From contig CM120647.1 of assembly GCA_051362555.1 (NCBI GenBank), positions 19,258,651 through 19,322,650 of the forward strand: a stretch of 64,000 nt of DNA, written 5' to 3'. This document shows positions 1 to 12,400 of the stretch, one piece after another. Under the pieces are notes generated by a model. That model was not told the DNA's origin. It ran no database searches and saw nothing but the letters and a program-made list of their open reading frames with translations. Position 1 is the first letter of the stretch. The number at the start of each line of letters is the position of its first letter. This DNA comes from Lingula anatina (Eukaryota; Animalia; Brachiopoda). Made by a program: the position numbers and the translations under genes.

Positions 1-80
1 ATGTCAGAGTAACAAGCACCATATGAAAGATGTTTTGTACTTTTTTAATGTTTCAAAAGGTTCGACTAACATTTGCAGGA

Positions 81-181
81 ATGTTAGTGCCAGGAAAGGT
101 TACACTGATATATATACCCTGATCTTTACCTTACTTGTTATTATTTAGTTCAGTATAATGTTACTGCCAGGAAAGGTTACA

Positions 182-248
<67 letters not shown>
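81..248. repeat. 77-bp tandem duplication; the second unit's (TA)n is expanded and interrupted by a transposon
   Basis: Unit ATGTTA(G/C)TGCCAGGAAAGGTTACACTGATATA... starts at 81 and 158. The rest of unit 2 (CTGATCTTTACCTTACTT...) resumes at ~1646, after the insertion. Confidence 0.85.
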
Positions 249-250
<2 letters not shown>

Positions 251-1630
251 GCCATTCCGTGGTATTTTTTTGCTGTTATGGAAGGACATTTGACACTACA
301 AATGAAAATATTTTCAAAAGTAAAAAAGTTACAAGGTCCATTTTTTGTATGTTAATTCTTCTATATGTAAGTTATAATTAGGCAAAAGATTAGGTTTAAA
401 AAAATTAAAGTTACGAAAAAATTATAATAAATAGTTAGCATCTCGGAAGGACGTGAAATGGACATGGAATTTTAACTTTCAACTTCAACACTAAAATTCT
501 GCTCTGTCTGTGTAGATATTTTTAAAATCAAATCAAAATATGAATATTTGATTATTTTACTTTCTCGGTGTATAAAAATTTTTTTGGAAAAAAAATAATA
601 AATTTGAAAATTTTGCATATAAAAAATCAAGTAGGCGTCATGGAAGGACACGTCTCGGAAGGACGTTTTGTCCATGGCTAAATAAAATGTAAAATAAGGC
701 TAATAATAATATTTTATGAATACATACCAGCATAATTTTGATGAATAATATCAAATGTAAACATGTCTTTCCATGGTAATATATTTCATCTTCAAACATG
801 TTACTAATTTTGACTATAATATAAGTTCTCATCTGTTCTGATCATCTTTAAATAATATTGGGACATTTTTTGAGAAATTCTTACCAAACCTATTAATTAT
901 AAATATAATCAATTGTCTAAATTATAATAACTTCAATATTATTCATTCAAATGAAATGTTTCTCAGTTTAAAATGCTTCTATATATAATAATTGTGAATT
1001 TTAAGTTTAAGATTATCTTGAAAGACAAGGGTTTTGGGGCTCATTGGTCACATGACCTGTTATGGTCCAATCAAAATGCCTCATACTTGCTTCCACTGTG
1101 CTAGGTGTCATGTTTAATGCTTATATATTTGGATTTAATTTCTTACTGAAGTGGTTCTAAGCAAAAATAATTTCATATTTTGTTGGCCCCTTTCATGGTT
1201 GAGGAGAATATGAAGTTATAAGTTTTTAACTTTTGTAGTTACTGAGAAAACTTAAAAAATAGGTACCAAAATCATCTCGGAAGGACAAATTGATATTGAT
1301 TAATCCATTATTTTATAATCAAATATTTTTTTAATCTAATGCACCGGACTAAATGTAAGAAATAGGTTATATTTAATGTATTTAGCCTTTATTGTTTAAA
1401 ATGATCTCTATTATGAAAAATATATCAAAAATAAAAATGTCCTTCCGTGACACTATTTTATAAGTTTTCCAGATAAAAGTGTCAATAAAATCATAATTAA
1501 TCATCAAAACCTAAAATTTCTTTTGGATTCTGGTGTCTTATGATGTTTGGTTTCAGAAATTATAAGTTTTATAAGCAGGATTCCTTTTTGAAATTTTGAG
1601 GTCTGCGGACCAAATACCACGGAATGGCCC
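249..1630. mobile_element. Non-autonomous TIR DNA transposon (GGG..CCC termini, inserted in (TA)n; possibly Sola-like)
   Basis: Perfect 19-bp TIRs GGGCCATTCCGTGGTATTT (249-267) / AAATACCACGGAATGGCCC (1612-1630), with ATAT on both sides. Internal GGAAGGAC motif recurs (~280, 445, 642, 657, 1279; inverted at ~1440). No long ORF. Superfamily uncertain because the TSD lies within (TA)n. Confidence 0.85.
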
Positions 1631-1957
1631 ATATATATATATACTCTGATCTTTACCTTACTTATTATTATTTAGTTCATTATAAGGTTACTCAAAAAGT
1701 ATATTAACATTGTTTTGGAAGTGTGAGCTCATTAAGAAAGTTTTTTTTTTATTTATTTATTTATTATTTTCTTCTTTTTTGACTAATATTAATTCTTTTA
1801 TGATGAATTTTGCATGTTCTTTGGATAAGCATTTTTTTATGAAAAAATTCTAGTGATCCAAACATTAAGCTAAGATAATATAATATTAAATGAATGTATA
1901 AAAGATACTAGTATTTTAATAAATTGACTTTATTTTTTCATTATTTATTTATTTCAG

Positions 1958-3140
1958 TGTGGACAGAATTGTGTGCTCTTTAGAGGACTCCATATTTGAT
2001 GTATTCTGTGATAAAGATGAAAAAATCTCAGTGGCAAAGTTTTTAAATGTGAGTAAAGTATACATCAAAGATTTGAGTGATAATTTCTTCAGACAAAATT
2101 CATATGCTGTTTCAAGTTGTACATTTATTTAGCATTAACATGACTTGCAGTTAAATGCCATGGTATGGAACTAAGGGGTGGTGATACTAGAAGTACATTC
2201 TCTCTCTTTCATCTTTATCCTTCATTAAATAAAGTGAAACATCACATTTTTTTATATTTGTAACACTTTAGACCAACATTAGCCCTGGCTATTCTCTACT
2301 GATGTACCCCAGTAACGTGTCATCTGCTCTGGTGGTGTTGGTTAATTTGTGGGTTATGTGGTTAATATGGGTGTTAGTGCTAAAAGATCTGTGGGTAGTG
2401 TTAGTAAACGCCTAATCTATTTATAAGTTTTGTTCAATTAAAAAACAATTTGATTTTCAGTACCCATGGCATACAATTTACCGATCACTTCAGATTTTGA
2501 CACTCTTTTATTATAGTTTTTTTTTCCTTTTCTTGACCTTTAATTTTGTAATTCTTATTTTAATGCCAAATTACATGTAGATTGGTGGGATGAAGATATT
2601 TATGCTGTGGAGGTGGCTGAGTACTAGGAACTTAAGAAGAAGCTTTTTACTTAGAATTTTTAGCTCTTTGTAGTGTATTTAATTGTAATAGATTTTAACT
2701 TTTATCAACAGATTTCATATTGAACTACAATTTCAGGCACTGACTGCCACGGGTCTAAGACTGACTGACCCCAGGTTAAAGGAGTGTATTGGTCACTTTG
2801 AATCTCTGGAGTGTATAGCCACGGACCTCAATGAAGTGGGGACATCTCTCACCATAGACAGGGAGACGTTTAAAGAGTAGGTTTTTAGGTATTTTTAAAT
2901 TTATTATGCAATGTTTATGAAACTACATGAATATTATTACAACAATGTAGTATAGTTTACAGATTGCTCCTTCAGCGAAGAAGAGAAAAAAATAATCTGA
3001 AGTCATGGCAGTGTGGAAGAAATTGTTAATATTTAATATATATGTACTGTATATACCCGGGTAGATGCTAATAGATTTTAAATGTATTATAAGCAGCACA
3101 ACACTTATTGATCTCAATCTGTCAGGAATGCTGATTCTGA

Positions 3141-3186
<46 letters not shown>

Positions 3187-4219
3187 TTCAGATGTATAGC
3201 AGACAATATAGTATTGATAGCTCGAGCACTACAGGGAAAGTTTATTATTCCTGACTTCAAGACACAGTTTTCAAGGTTAAACAACAAACTTTACACAAAA
3301 TGTAAACCTAACAATAAAGGCAAGGTGAGTGTCAAGGTCTCTTTAGCAATGTCAAGGTGAAGGTCAAGGGGAGGTCACTGTGCCAAGGTCATTTCAATAA
3401 AAAAAATTGTTTGTAATTCAGTGAAATTTGAAATAAAAATTGAAATTAACTCTGTAACTTGTGTAAGTTGCTTTTAGTAGGCAATTCTTGAAAGAAAGAA
3501 GCATTTTTTTTCCATTTTCTGGTCGTGTTGAGGCAAGTAAGTTTTGTACCCCCAGGACCTACTCACTGACCTGCTGTAATGGCCAAGTTATGACATATGG
3601 ACTCCAGCAGACCATTTTTCATACATTTACCTGTAACTTATAAGATGACATATTGTTATTACAAAACATTTTCTTATCATGAATTTAAAATGATGTTGCT
3701 TTTTTTTCACTGCACTATGGATTTCTTTACACCTAGTGGTATTTTACTCCAAACATATCATATCAATTGTATCTTGAATTTCTTGAAAATGATTTTTTCA
3801 ATGTTAATGTAATATATTTTAAACTGATTTAGACAATTCCCAGTTTATAAATTCATTATTTATAACTTAAGTTTAAAGCTATCTATATAATTTTATGCAA
3901 GATCTGGTTGACTTCCTATATAACTGTCTCCTTATTTATATACTGAAAAACTTATTTGATAATTGATTTTGTAGCTCACTGTTGGAAAACAGTAGTCTGG
4001 CAGGGATTACCACTTGGTATGATTTATTTTATCACTTTGACAGGTTGTGAGGAAAAAAGCATTTGTCAACTGTCAACTTTTGACTTACAGATAATATATA
4101 TGTATATATGTTTTATTGTTATCTTTGTTGATCTAGGTTGCCACCTACATTCCTCAGCTGTCCCGTGTAAACCCTGATTACTGGGGTGTGTCTTCTTGTA
4201 CCATAGACGGACAGAGGTA

Positions 4220-4260
<41 letters not shown>

Positions 4261-4312
4261 TTAACCCTGATTACTGGGGCGTGTCTTCTTGTACCATAGA
4301 CGGACAGAGGTA

Positions 4313-4357
<45 letters not shown>

Positions 4358-4409
4358 TTAACCCTGATTACTGGGGCGTGTCTTCTTGTACCATAGACGG
4401 ACAGAGGTA

Positions 4410-4469
<60 letters not shown>

Positions 4470-4526
4470 TAACCCTGATTACTGGGGCGTGTCTTCTTGT
4501 ACCATAGACGGACAGAGGTATAGTGT

Positions 4527-4574
<48 letters not shown>

Positions 4575-4787
4575 ACCCTGATTACTGGGGTGTGTCTTCT
4601 TGTACCATAGATGGACAGAGGTATAGCTTACATGTGTGTGTGTATGTGTGTTAACCCAGATTACTGGAGCGTATCTTCTTGTAGATGTATATGTGTGTGT
4701 GTTTGTGGGGGGGGGGGGGGATGTGAGATTGACCCTTCTGCCTTCCCATATCATCTTACATCATAGACAAAGGTAAAGTGTGCATTT

Positions 4788-4847
<60 letters not shown>

Positions 4848-7800
4848 CCAACTCCCAAGGTCTTGTACCAAAGATGGACAGAGGTATACCCTACATATAC
4901 ATTTATTAGAAAGTGTGTGTGTGTGGATGTATGTGTGTGTGTGTGTGCTCAATACGCGATACAAATCTTGCCGTCAGCATTATCAATTACTAGTACATGT
5001 AATAGACAGCGTAGGGAAACATTTCATACTCTTCTTTGGCATAAAATATACAAATAAAAATGTGACATTACAGAATTACTATGATAATGGTAACAGCCTG
5101 ATCATTTGTACAGACATATTTAACTAAAATAAGAGCATGTAGATATTATTTTCAGACACTCCGTGGGTGACGTGCACGTCCCGTTCTGCCTCCAGTCATG
5201 CAGCAAGCCCCTCTTGTACGCGCTGGCTCAAAATGAGATGAGCGCAGAGACAATCCATCAATATGTGGGACAGGAACCGAGCGGACGATCCTTCAATGAA
5301 CTTACACTGGATTATGAAAGTAAGGGGCCATTTCCAGACCCTATCATACTAACTTTGGATCGATATATCTCCTAGGGGATTCTTGCTAAATTGCAATCAA
5401 CTAAAACGGCTTAGATGCCTGTCACACCAATTAAAGCTGCTTGGGGGTAATTAATTACCGGGCATCAAAGCTTGCTTTTAAGAATTTTTCGCTTCCCTTC
5501 CAGACAAGCCTCACAATCCAATGATCAATGCTGGGGCCATAGTAGTCTCCTCTCTGCTGAAGAATGAAAACTCACTCTCGGACAGATTTGATTTTGTAAG
5601 GAATAGTTTATGAGCAAAATCTTTGGTAAAGTGGTTATATACCTGCTCATGTGGTCACAGTATCATTGGTGCATGAGTTTGAGAGAGAGAGAGAGAGAGA
5701 GAAATTGCCACCTAAATGTGTTGTATTCAATTATTATTTATAGACAGCATTTATTTTGTCCCAATAGTTTTTTTTTTTTTTTAATTTTCTAGTTTTATTG
5801 TGGACTAGCTTTTTCAGCATGACATAGTGCTCGTCTAGAACTGCAAGTTTTTATCAATGACAAAAATTATCAAAAATATTACTTTTTCAGTTATTGGATA
5901 TTAAGTGTGTTAAGAAGAGAGAAAAGGGTTGGGCAGAGGATGGGGACTGGGGCAGAGAAAGGTAGTGGAAAGGATTGAAATCATAAAATTCTTATCAAAT
6001 CCCATTTCTGTTCTTCCAGGCTCACAAGCAGTTCCAGAAGCTTTCAGGTGGAGAGTTTGTTGGCTTCAACAATGCTGTGTAAGTCAATAATGCATGAAAA
6101 TAGTCTAGGTCGAGCTCTTTTATTTATTCACCATAAATACATGAAAAAAAGTGGAACTTTTAGCATGAAACCTTTGAATAGTTAGATCAAATTTTACCCA
6201 GAGCACTTTTTGCCCAGGACCTTTTCCTGGCAAAAAGGTCACCAGTTCATTCAAATACCCTTAACCTCCCCCCCCCCCCCCCCAAGCTATTGGCCTGCAC
6301 CATCAAATTATAAGATAATTATGTCAGTAAACAGGTTCTGATTTCAGCTGGCAATCATTTAGTCATTTGGCCAACTAAACATAAACTCCTTGAGAGTGTG
6401 CATCTGGGTACTCTATCAGATTTAATTGCATAATGCAATGAAACCTAATCTCCAACTATTTAATTCAGGTTAGTACAGAGATGATTGACACTGACTTCTG
6501 CCAAGTTTTCCTCTCAGCTAACTTTATCCATAGATAAAGTTAGCTGAGAGGCCCAAAGCAGGAAACTGTGTCAGAAACTCAAACCAGGTAACTCTATCTA
6601 CAGATAGAGTTACCTCAGACGCATTTTTAAAGGAATTAAAGCCATTACACTTTGACTATCCATGGGTTGGTTCCAGTGTTCAAACTCAAAAAATAAACAT
6701 TATCTCTGAAATATCTTGAAGTATCATAGTCTTTATTTTGAAGGGCCCAAAATAAAGATTTAACCTCTGTATAATTATATATGGTACTTGGTATTTTCAA
6801 CTAATGAATGGCACAGTAATGCCAATTGTAAATGAAAAATATTAATTACTTAATTCTTTCAACTTGTAAAAAAATATTAATTATGAAATTTTCATTTAAA
6901 AAGATCTTCTACATTTACTGGGGGGGGGGGGGCAGCTTTTCAATTACAAGGGTACTACAGTGTACTGTTGTATTTATGCTAGAATTAAAAATCAAGTAAC
7001 CTAAGTCTTAGGTCAAATATGGCAGAATACACACTTGAGATGAAACTGCTACTCAAGTAAGTGGTTGTTTATTACATAGATAAAATTACTGTAGTGTGAT
7101 TTCCTTGTGTGTTCTGACATTTCTGACCAGTGACTTAATTAGGTAACTCAACTTGGTTTTGAATCTGGCCCAAATTAAACTGCCTATAAAATTTGCAGCT
7201 CAAAATGGCTGATCATGTCTAAAGCCTTACTTTTCCAAAATAAATCGACTCAATGCAACAAGAACATTATACTATTCCTCTTTGCTGAGAGTGTGCTGAA
7301 GATCAAGGATTAAAGTATGTAGGTCAGGAATTTGTCCGAGGAATTTCACTGGCATTTGCATTACACAAGATATCAATTACATATGGCTGAGAAAATAACA
7401 GACTTGTTGTATGTTAGGTGTTAACACAGCTTTAATAGGACAAGTGATAGTGATTAATTTACATAAACTTTTTATTACTTGTAGCATCTCATTTTCAATT
7501 GCCATTCACTCTTATACCATATAATAATTAAAACATGTTTTTTATACTTTTATTGGGTTTGTTTGAGTGTTTTATATAATACTGGGATACAAACATTTTT
7601 GTGTATTTCATACTATTTTACTACAGTGTGGTGTGCTTATCAGTAATGGGTTTCAACAATAATGAAACCTGTGATATTATTATTATAAAATATGATTCTT
7701 AAAATAGACTAGGCATATCTAAATCTAAATAATTAATATTGTAGGCTAATTTCTTTTAACATAATGAGATACTAATAAGGAGCCTTCAAAAATAACTACA

Positions 7801-9442
7801 AATAGAATAATAACATGGCAAAAATGGAGATACGAATGAAAGAAAATTGCAGCACAAAAGTAGGTTGTTTATTAAGCAGATTACTGCAGTGTGATTTTCT
7901 CAAATATGTACCACCATTTTACAATGATTTAGGGGTTAGGTGGCTTAACCATGGAAATATAACAGGAGGGGTGAAAGCTCTGTCACCCGGGGACCCACTG
8001 TGCAACTGACAGCTTTAGAATAACCAGTGTGTCGCTGATGTCACTTGGGAGGGGAACAATAGATTTTTTAATTTTGGGAAAATAAACTTGTGAACAGAAC
8101 ACAAAAACAAGGGAAAAATCAAAGTTCAGATATATCACCTTTAGCAATGGGAATTCCAGTAAGCACATTTAATAAAGTAAAAAAAAACTTCTATAATAAA
8201 CTGTAAGATAAAGTTGCAGGAGCAGGAATCTTTGTTGCAGTTAGTAATCATATCATAGTTTCTACCTTTACAATCTAGATGATTAAATTTCTTGATAATG
8301 TGTGCTACCCATTAATCCAAGACAGTTTACATTATATCTCCTCCTAATTACTGTACCTATATTCCCCACGGCTTGTGTACTGAACAACAGTACTAAAATC
8401 TTTATTTGTTACCTTTGCAAGTACTATCAGGTTCTGTTAATTTCCAAATGTACTTTTGTGTTTTATACAGAACATGGTGCAGAATTATCTCTTAATGTCG
8501 TTCATTTTGGTAAATATTTTCACCCAAATTATGAATTACCGCTTCTAACGTTTCAGGTATGCTGTCAATCTGTGTGAATGTGATGGATCGAGCTTTTTTG
8601 TATTTTTCATATTTTTTATCATATTTTATTATTATTAATTTGTATGAACATTGTATGAGAACAAAATTTGAAGAAAAATCAGTGCAACGTTTGCTTGCTT
8701 TCCGTTGTGGAGTCCACCAAAGAATGAACATGTCCATTCCCTCTGTTCCCTAGACACAGGCCACTAGTTCCCTACCCAAGGCCACATACTCCACAGGTAC
8801 AGTCTATGGGAACAGTGATTCCATTTTATCATTGGTTCATTCCCCTTGTGGCCTGGTACAAGGTCACAAGGGAACAGTCTATGGATACATGATTACATTA
8901 GTATGCACTCTTCTTTTGGTAAAGCTCCGAGATTTCTTAAGTGTTTGCTGCCTTTAGCTCTGGTAAGGGGGTTGCATCCTGGAACCTTAATCTTTAGTAT
9001 ACAGTGTATGGGCTGCATATCGTATGTTATCAGAAAATAAATTATGTTCACATTCTTGGGTTATATTTGTACTGGGACACCCTGCATGTACCATAGGTAA
9101 TTTAAGATGAATCAAGTTTTCCTCAGGAGGAGTAATCAGTGAGCTCAGAGGCCTCTGGCATTGCTGAGGATGCTTATATTAGGATTATATGCTGATTAAT
9201 TGGTTAAGGTCAACTGACATCAGATGATTCCCCATGGGTTGCTTATTGGAGGCCAGAATACAAAATATTCTTAGCCTGGGTCCTAGCTGGAGGTGCCCAA
9301 GACAATTTCAACTGGCATCAAGTCTGAGGCAAAGCTATCACAGCCATCTAGCTAAATTACTGCCACAAAATCAGTTAACTTACAAAAGTGTCTCACATTT
9401 TTCTTACCAAGTGATACTAATTTTCCCCTGTGAAAAGATCAC

Positions 9443-9477
<35 letters not shown>

Positions 9478-12400
9478 TTGCTAGTTCATTTTGCATCATA
9501 AATGGTCTAAAATTAATCTCAATTTGATGCATTGAACAACCAGGCACAGGGCTCTTAATTTTGCGGGTATGCCTTATATTCTATGGGTTTGTTGTTCAGA
9601 GGATCCGAAAATATGAAAATTGTAGGAGTCAAGTTAAAAAATCGACTGCTGTTCTGAGGATTCTATATTACAATAGTTAGAGGGCCCGGTATTCCTTATG
9701 AATTTTAGTCCCAAGTTCCGCTGTTTTGAAAGAAAACATAGCTGCACTTAAACTGTTTTAACTATCTAATTACGCATTTACTGATTATTTGTGTAGGATC
9801 TGGTTTTAGGATCTCCCTGTGTTTGGTGTGAGGGGCATTTTAATAGAAGTGTATTTTATTTTCGACTTCAGCTGAGCATATTTTGCAGATACTTTGTTCA
9901 GGGGATATTGATTTTAGTTTTCGGTATTTGCCTCTTTGGATTGCTAATTTGTGTGCCCCTGTCCTAAATTTTACCAAATTTTGCATTTCATGTTTTGGTA
10001 TAGGTGCTAGCTGTTGTGTATGCTTTCCTTTCATAATTTGTTTTAAATAATCAATATGTACGTAGTATGCTATATGCTCACTCTGTTTCTTTGAGAAACA
10101 AAAAGGTATAGTGACTTTCCAGTGCATGTTTTACTTCTGCTTTCGAGGGAGTATTAGTTGATGTTTTGATTAGATTTTGAGTAATGTATTGAATTTTGCT
10201 TGACCAATTTTTTACCTGTGTGTCATGTTTTGTTTCGTATGCATACATTGTTTTTGCCATGCGCTGCTTTGGCATTTCAGAAAATCTTTGCCAATAGGAT
10301 GTAGCATGACCACTTATGTCATGTGTAATTGGGAATCTGCCTAGTTCTGCTTTAGCTGCTATATTACTGGCATTGCGTCTTATGCTAAAATGTATTTGCA
10401 ATAGTTATTTCGTACTACTTCGAATGGCAAAATATTCATGTATTTAAGGTTTTTTTGGCTGTTATATTTGATTGATGGTCCCCAGATTTCGCATCTGTAC
10501 ATCAGTATGGGTTTTATAAAAGGGCATCGGAGAGTTTTAAATGTGTCTGGGTCATATTGTTGGTGGTGGACTGTGAAGCCTGCTTGGGCCCGCCTGCTTA
10601 ACTGCAAAACCGCCTTTCAGATCATCAAGTGCACTTTTGAATGATCAAGTGCACTTTTATTGATGTTTAGCACAATATAATTCTTTAGAATGAAAACATA
10701 CATAATAAAAGTATGTATAGGAAACATGTCTTAATTATTATAAGGTATTAGAGTGAATGTCATTTGAAAATGAGATGCTATAAATAATAAGAAGCTTATG
10801 TAAATTAATCACTATCACTTGTCCTATTAAAGCTGTGTTAAGACCTAACATACAACAAGTCTGTTATCTTCTCAGCCATATGTAATTGATATCTTGCATA
10901 ATGCAAATCCCAGTGAAATACCTCAGACAAATTCCTGACCTACATACTCACCAGGCACAAATATATGCAATGCTACAATACCCAGTAGTAAGGTGTTAAT
11001 ATATGAGGGAGTGATGCAGTCCCCATCCCCATCCCCAGCCCTCCCCTTCAACCCCCTTGCTTTAGAAAGATTAGATATATTGTTTACTAAGCCTGTTTGA
11101 AATAAATCAAACTGAAAGGAAATCACACTACAGTAATTTTATCTATGTAATAAACAACCACTTACTTGAGTAGCAGTTTCATCTCAAGTGTGTATTCTGC
11201 CATATTTGACCTAAGACTTAGGTTACTTGATTTTTAATTCTAGCATAAATACAACAGTACACTGTAGTACCCTTGTAATTGAAAAGCTGCCCCCCCCCCC
11301 CCCCCAGTAAATGTAGAAGATCTTTTTAAATGAAAATTTCATAATTAATATTTTTTACAAGTTGAAAGAATTAAGTAATTAATATTTTTCATTTACAATT
11401 GGCATTACTGTGCCATTCATTAGTTGAAAATACCAAGTACCATATATAATTATACAGAGGTTAAATCTTTATTTTGGGCCCTTCAAAATAAAGACTATGA
11501 TACTTCAAGATATTTCAGAGATAATGTTTATTTTTTGAGTTTGAACACTGGAACCAACCCATGGATAGTCAAAGTGTAATGGCTTTAATTCCTTTAAAAA
11601 TGCGTCTGAGGTAACTCTATCTGTAGATAGAGTTACCTGGTTTGAGTTTCTGACACAGTTTCCTGCTTTGGGCCTCTCAGCTAACTTTATCTATGGATAA
11701 AGTTAGCTGAGAGGAAAACTTGGCAGAAGTCAGTGTCAATCATCTCTGTACTAACCTGAATTAAATGGTTGCAGATTAGGTTTCATTGCATTATGCAATT
11801 AAATCTGATAGAGTACCCAGATGCACACTCTCAAGGAGTTTATGTTTAGTTGGCCAAATGACTAAATGATTGCCAGCTGAAATCAGAACCTGTTCAGTAG
11901 CCTTTGCAGTAATTCTTCAGCTGGTTATGCTTTAAGAATATGATGTAATACACACAAAACTACTGTTCCAGGACTATACCAACATTTGCTAGAATGAATG
12001 TCATATCTTTATTCTAGATGTCCCTGCTAGGTGGCCATGAAATTAAGTACCACTGATAAATGGGTGTTGACATCTAGAATGCGTCAAACAGACATACCAA
12101 TTCTACAATAACATTACTGACAATACCTCACATTATTCAAGCACATGATGCAGATTCATCAATTTTGGTCACTCAGGAAAAGATACTCCTGTGAAACAAA
12201 TACATGTCAATTTATGCAATTTTTGATACAATGTTTATCTGTTTATTTATTTATTCAGTCATTTATTTATATATTTATTCATTTCTTTATTATTTGTAAA
12301 CTTCCAACAAGCATTGTTTAAGGGAAACATATTTATAATTTATTCAATTTTGCTCAAATAAAGTAATAACCATGGATAGCAAAGTATGAAGTAACAAAAA

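Noticed and set aside
1-60. ATG at position 1 as the GLS start
   Set aside because: In-frame stop after three codons (ATG TCA GAG TAA) and no convincing donor; the true first exon is probably upstream of the window.
4165-4626. CRISPR-like regularly spaced direct repeats
   Set aside because: The spacers are (TG)n rather than unique sequences, the repeat is a copy of a glutaminase exon end, the context is eukaryotic, and there are no cas genes.
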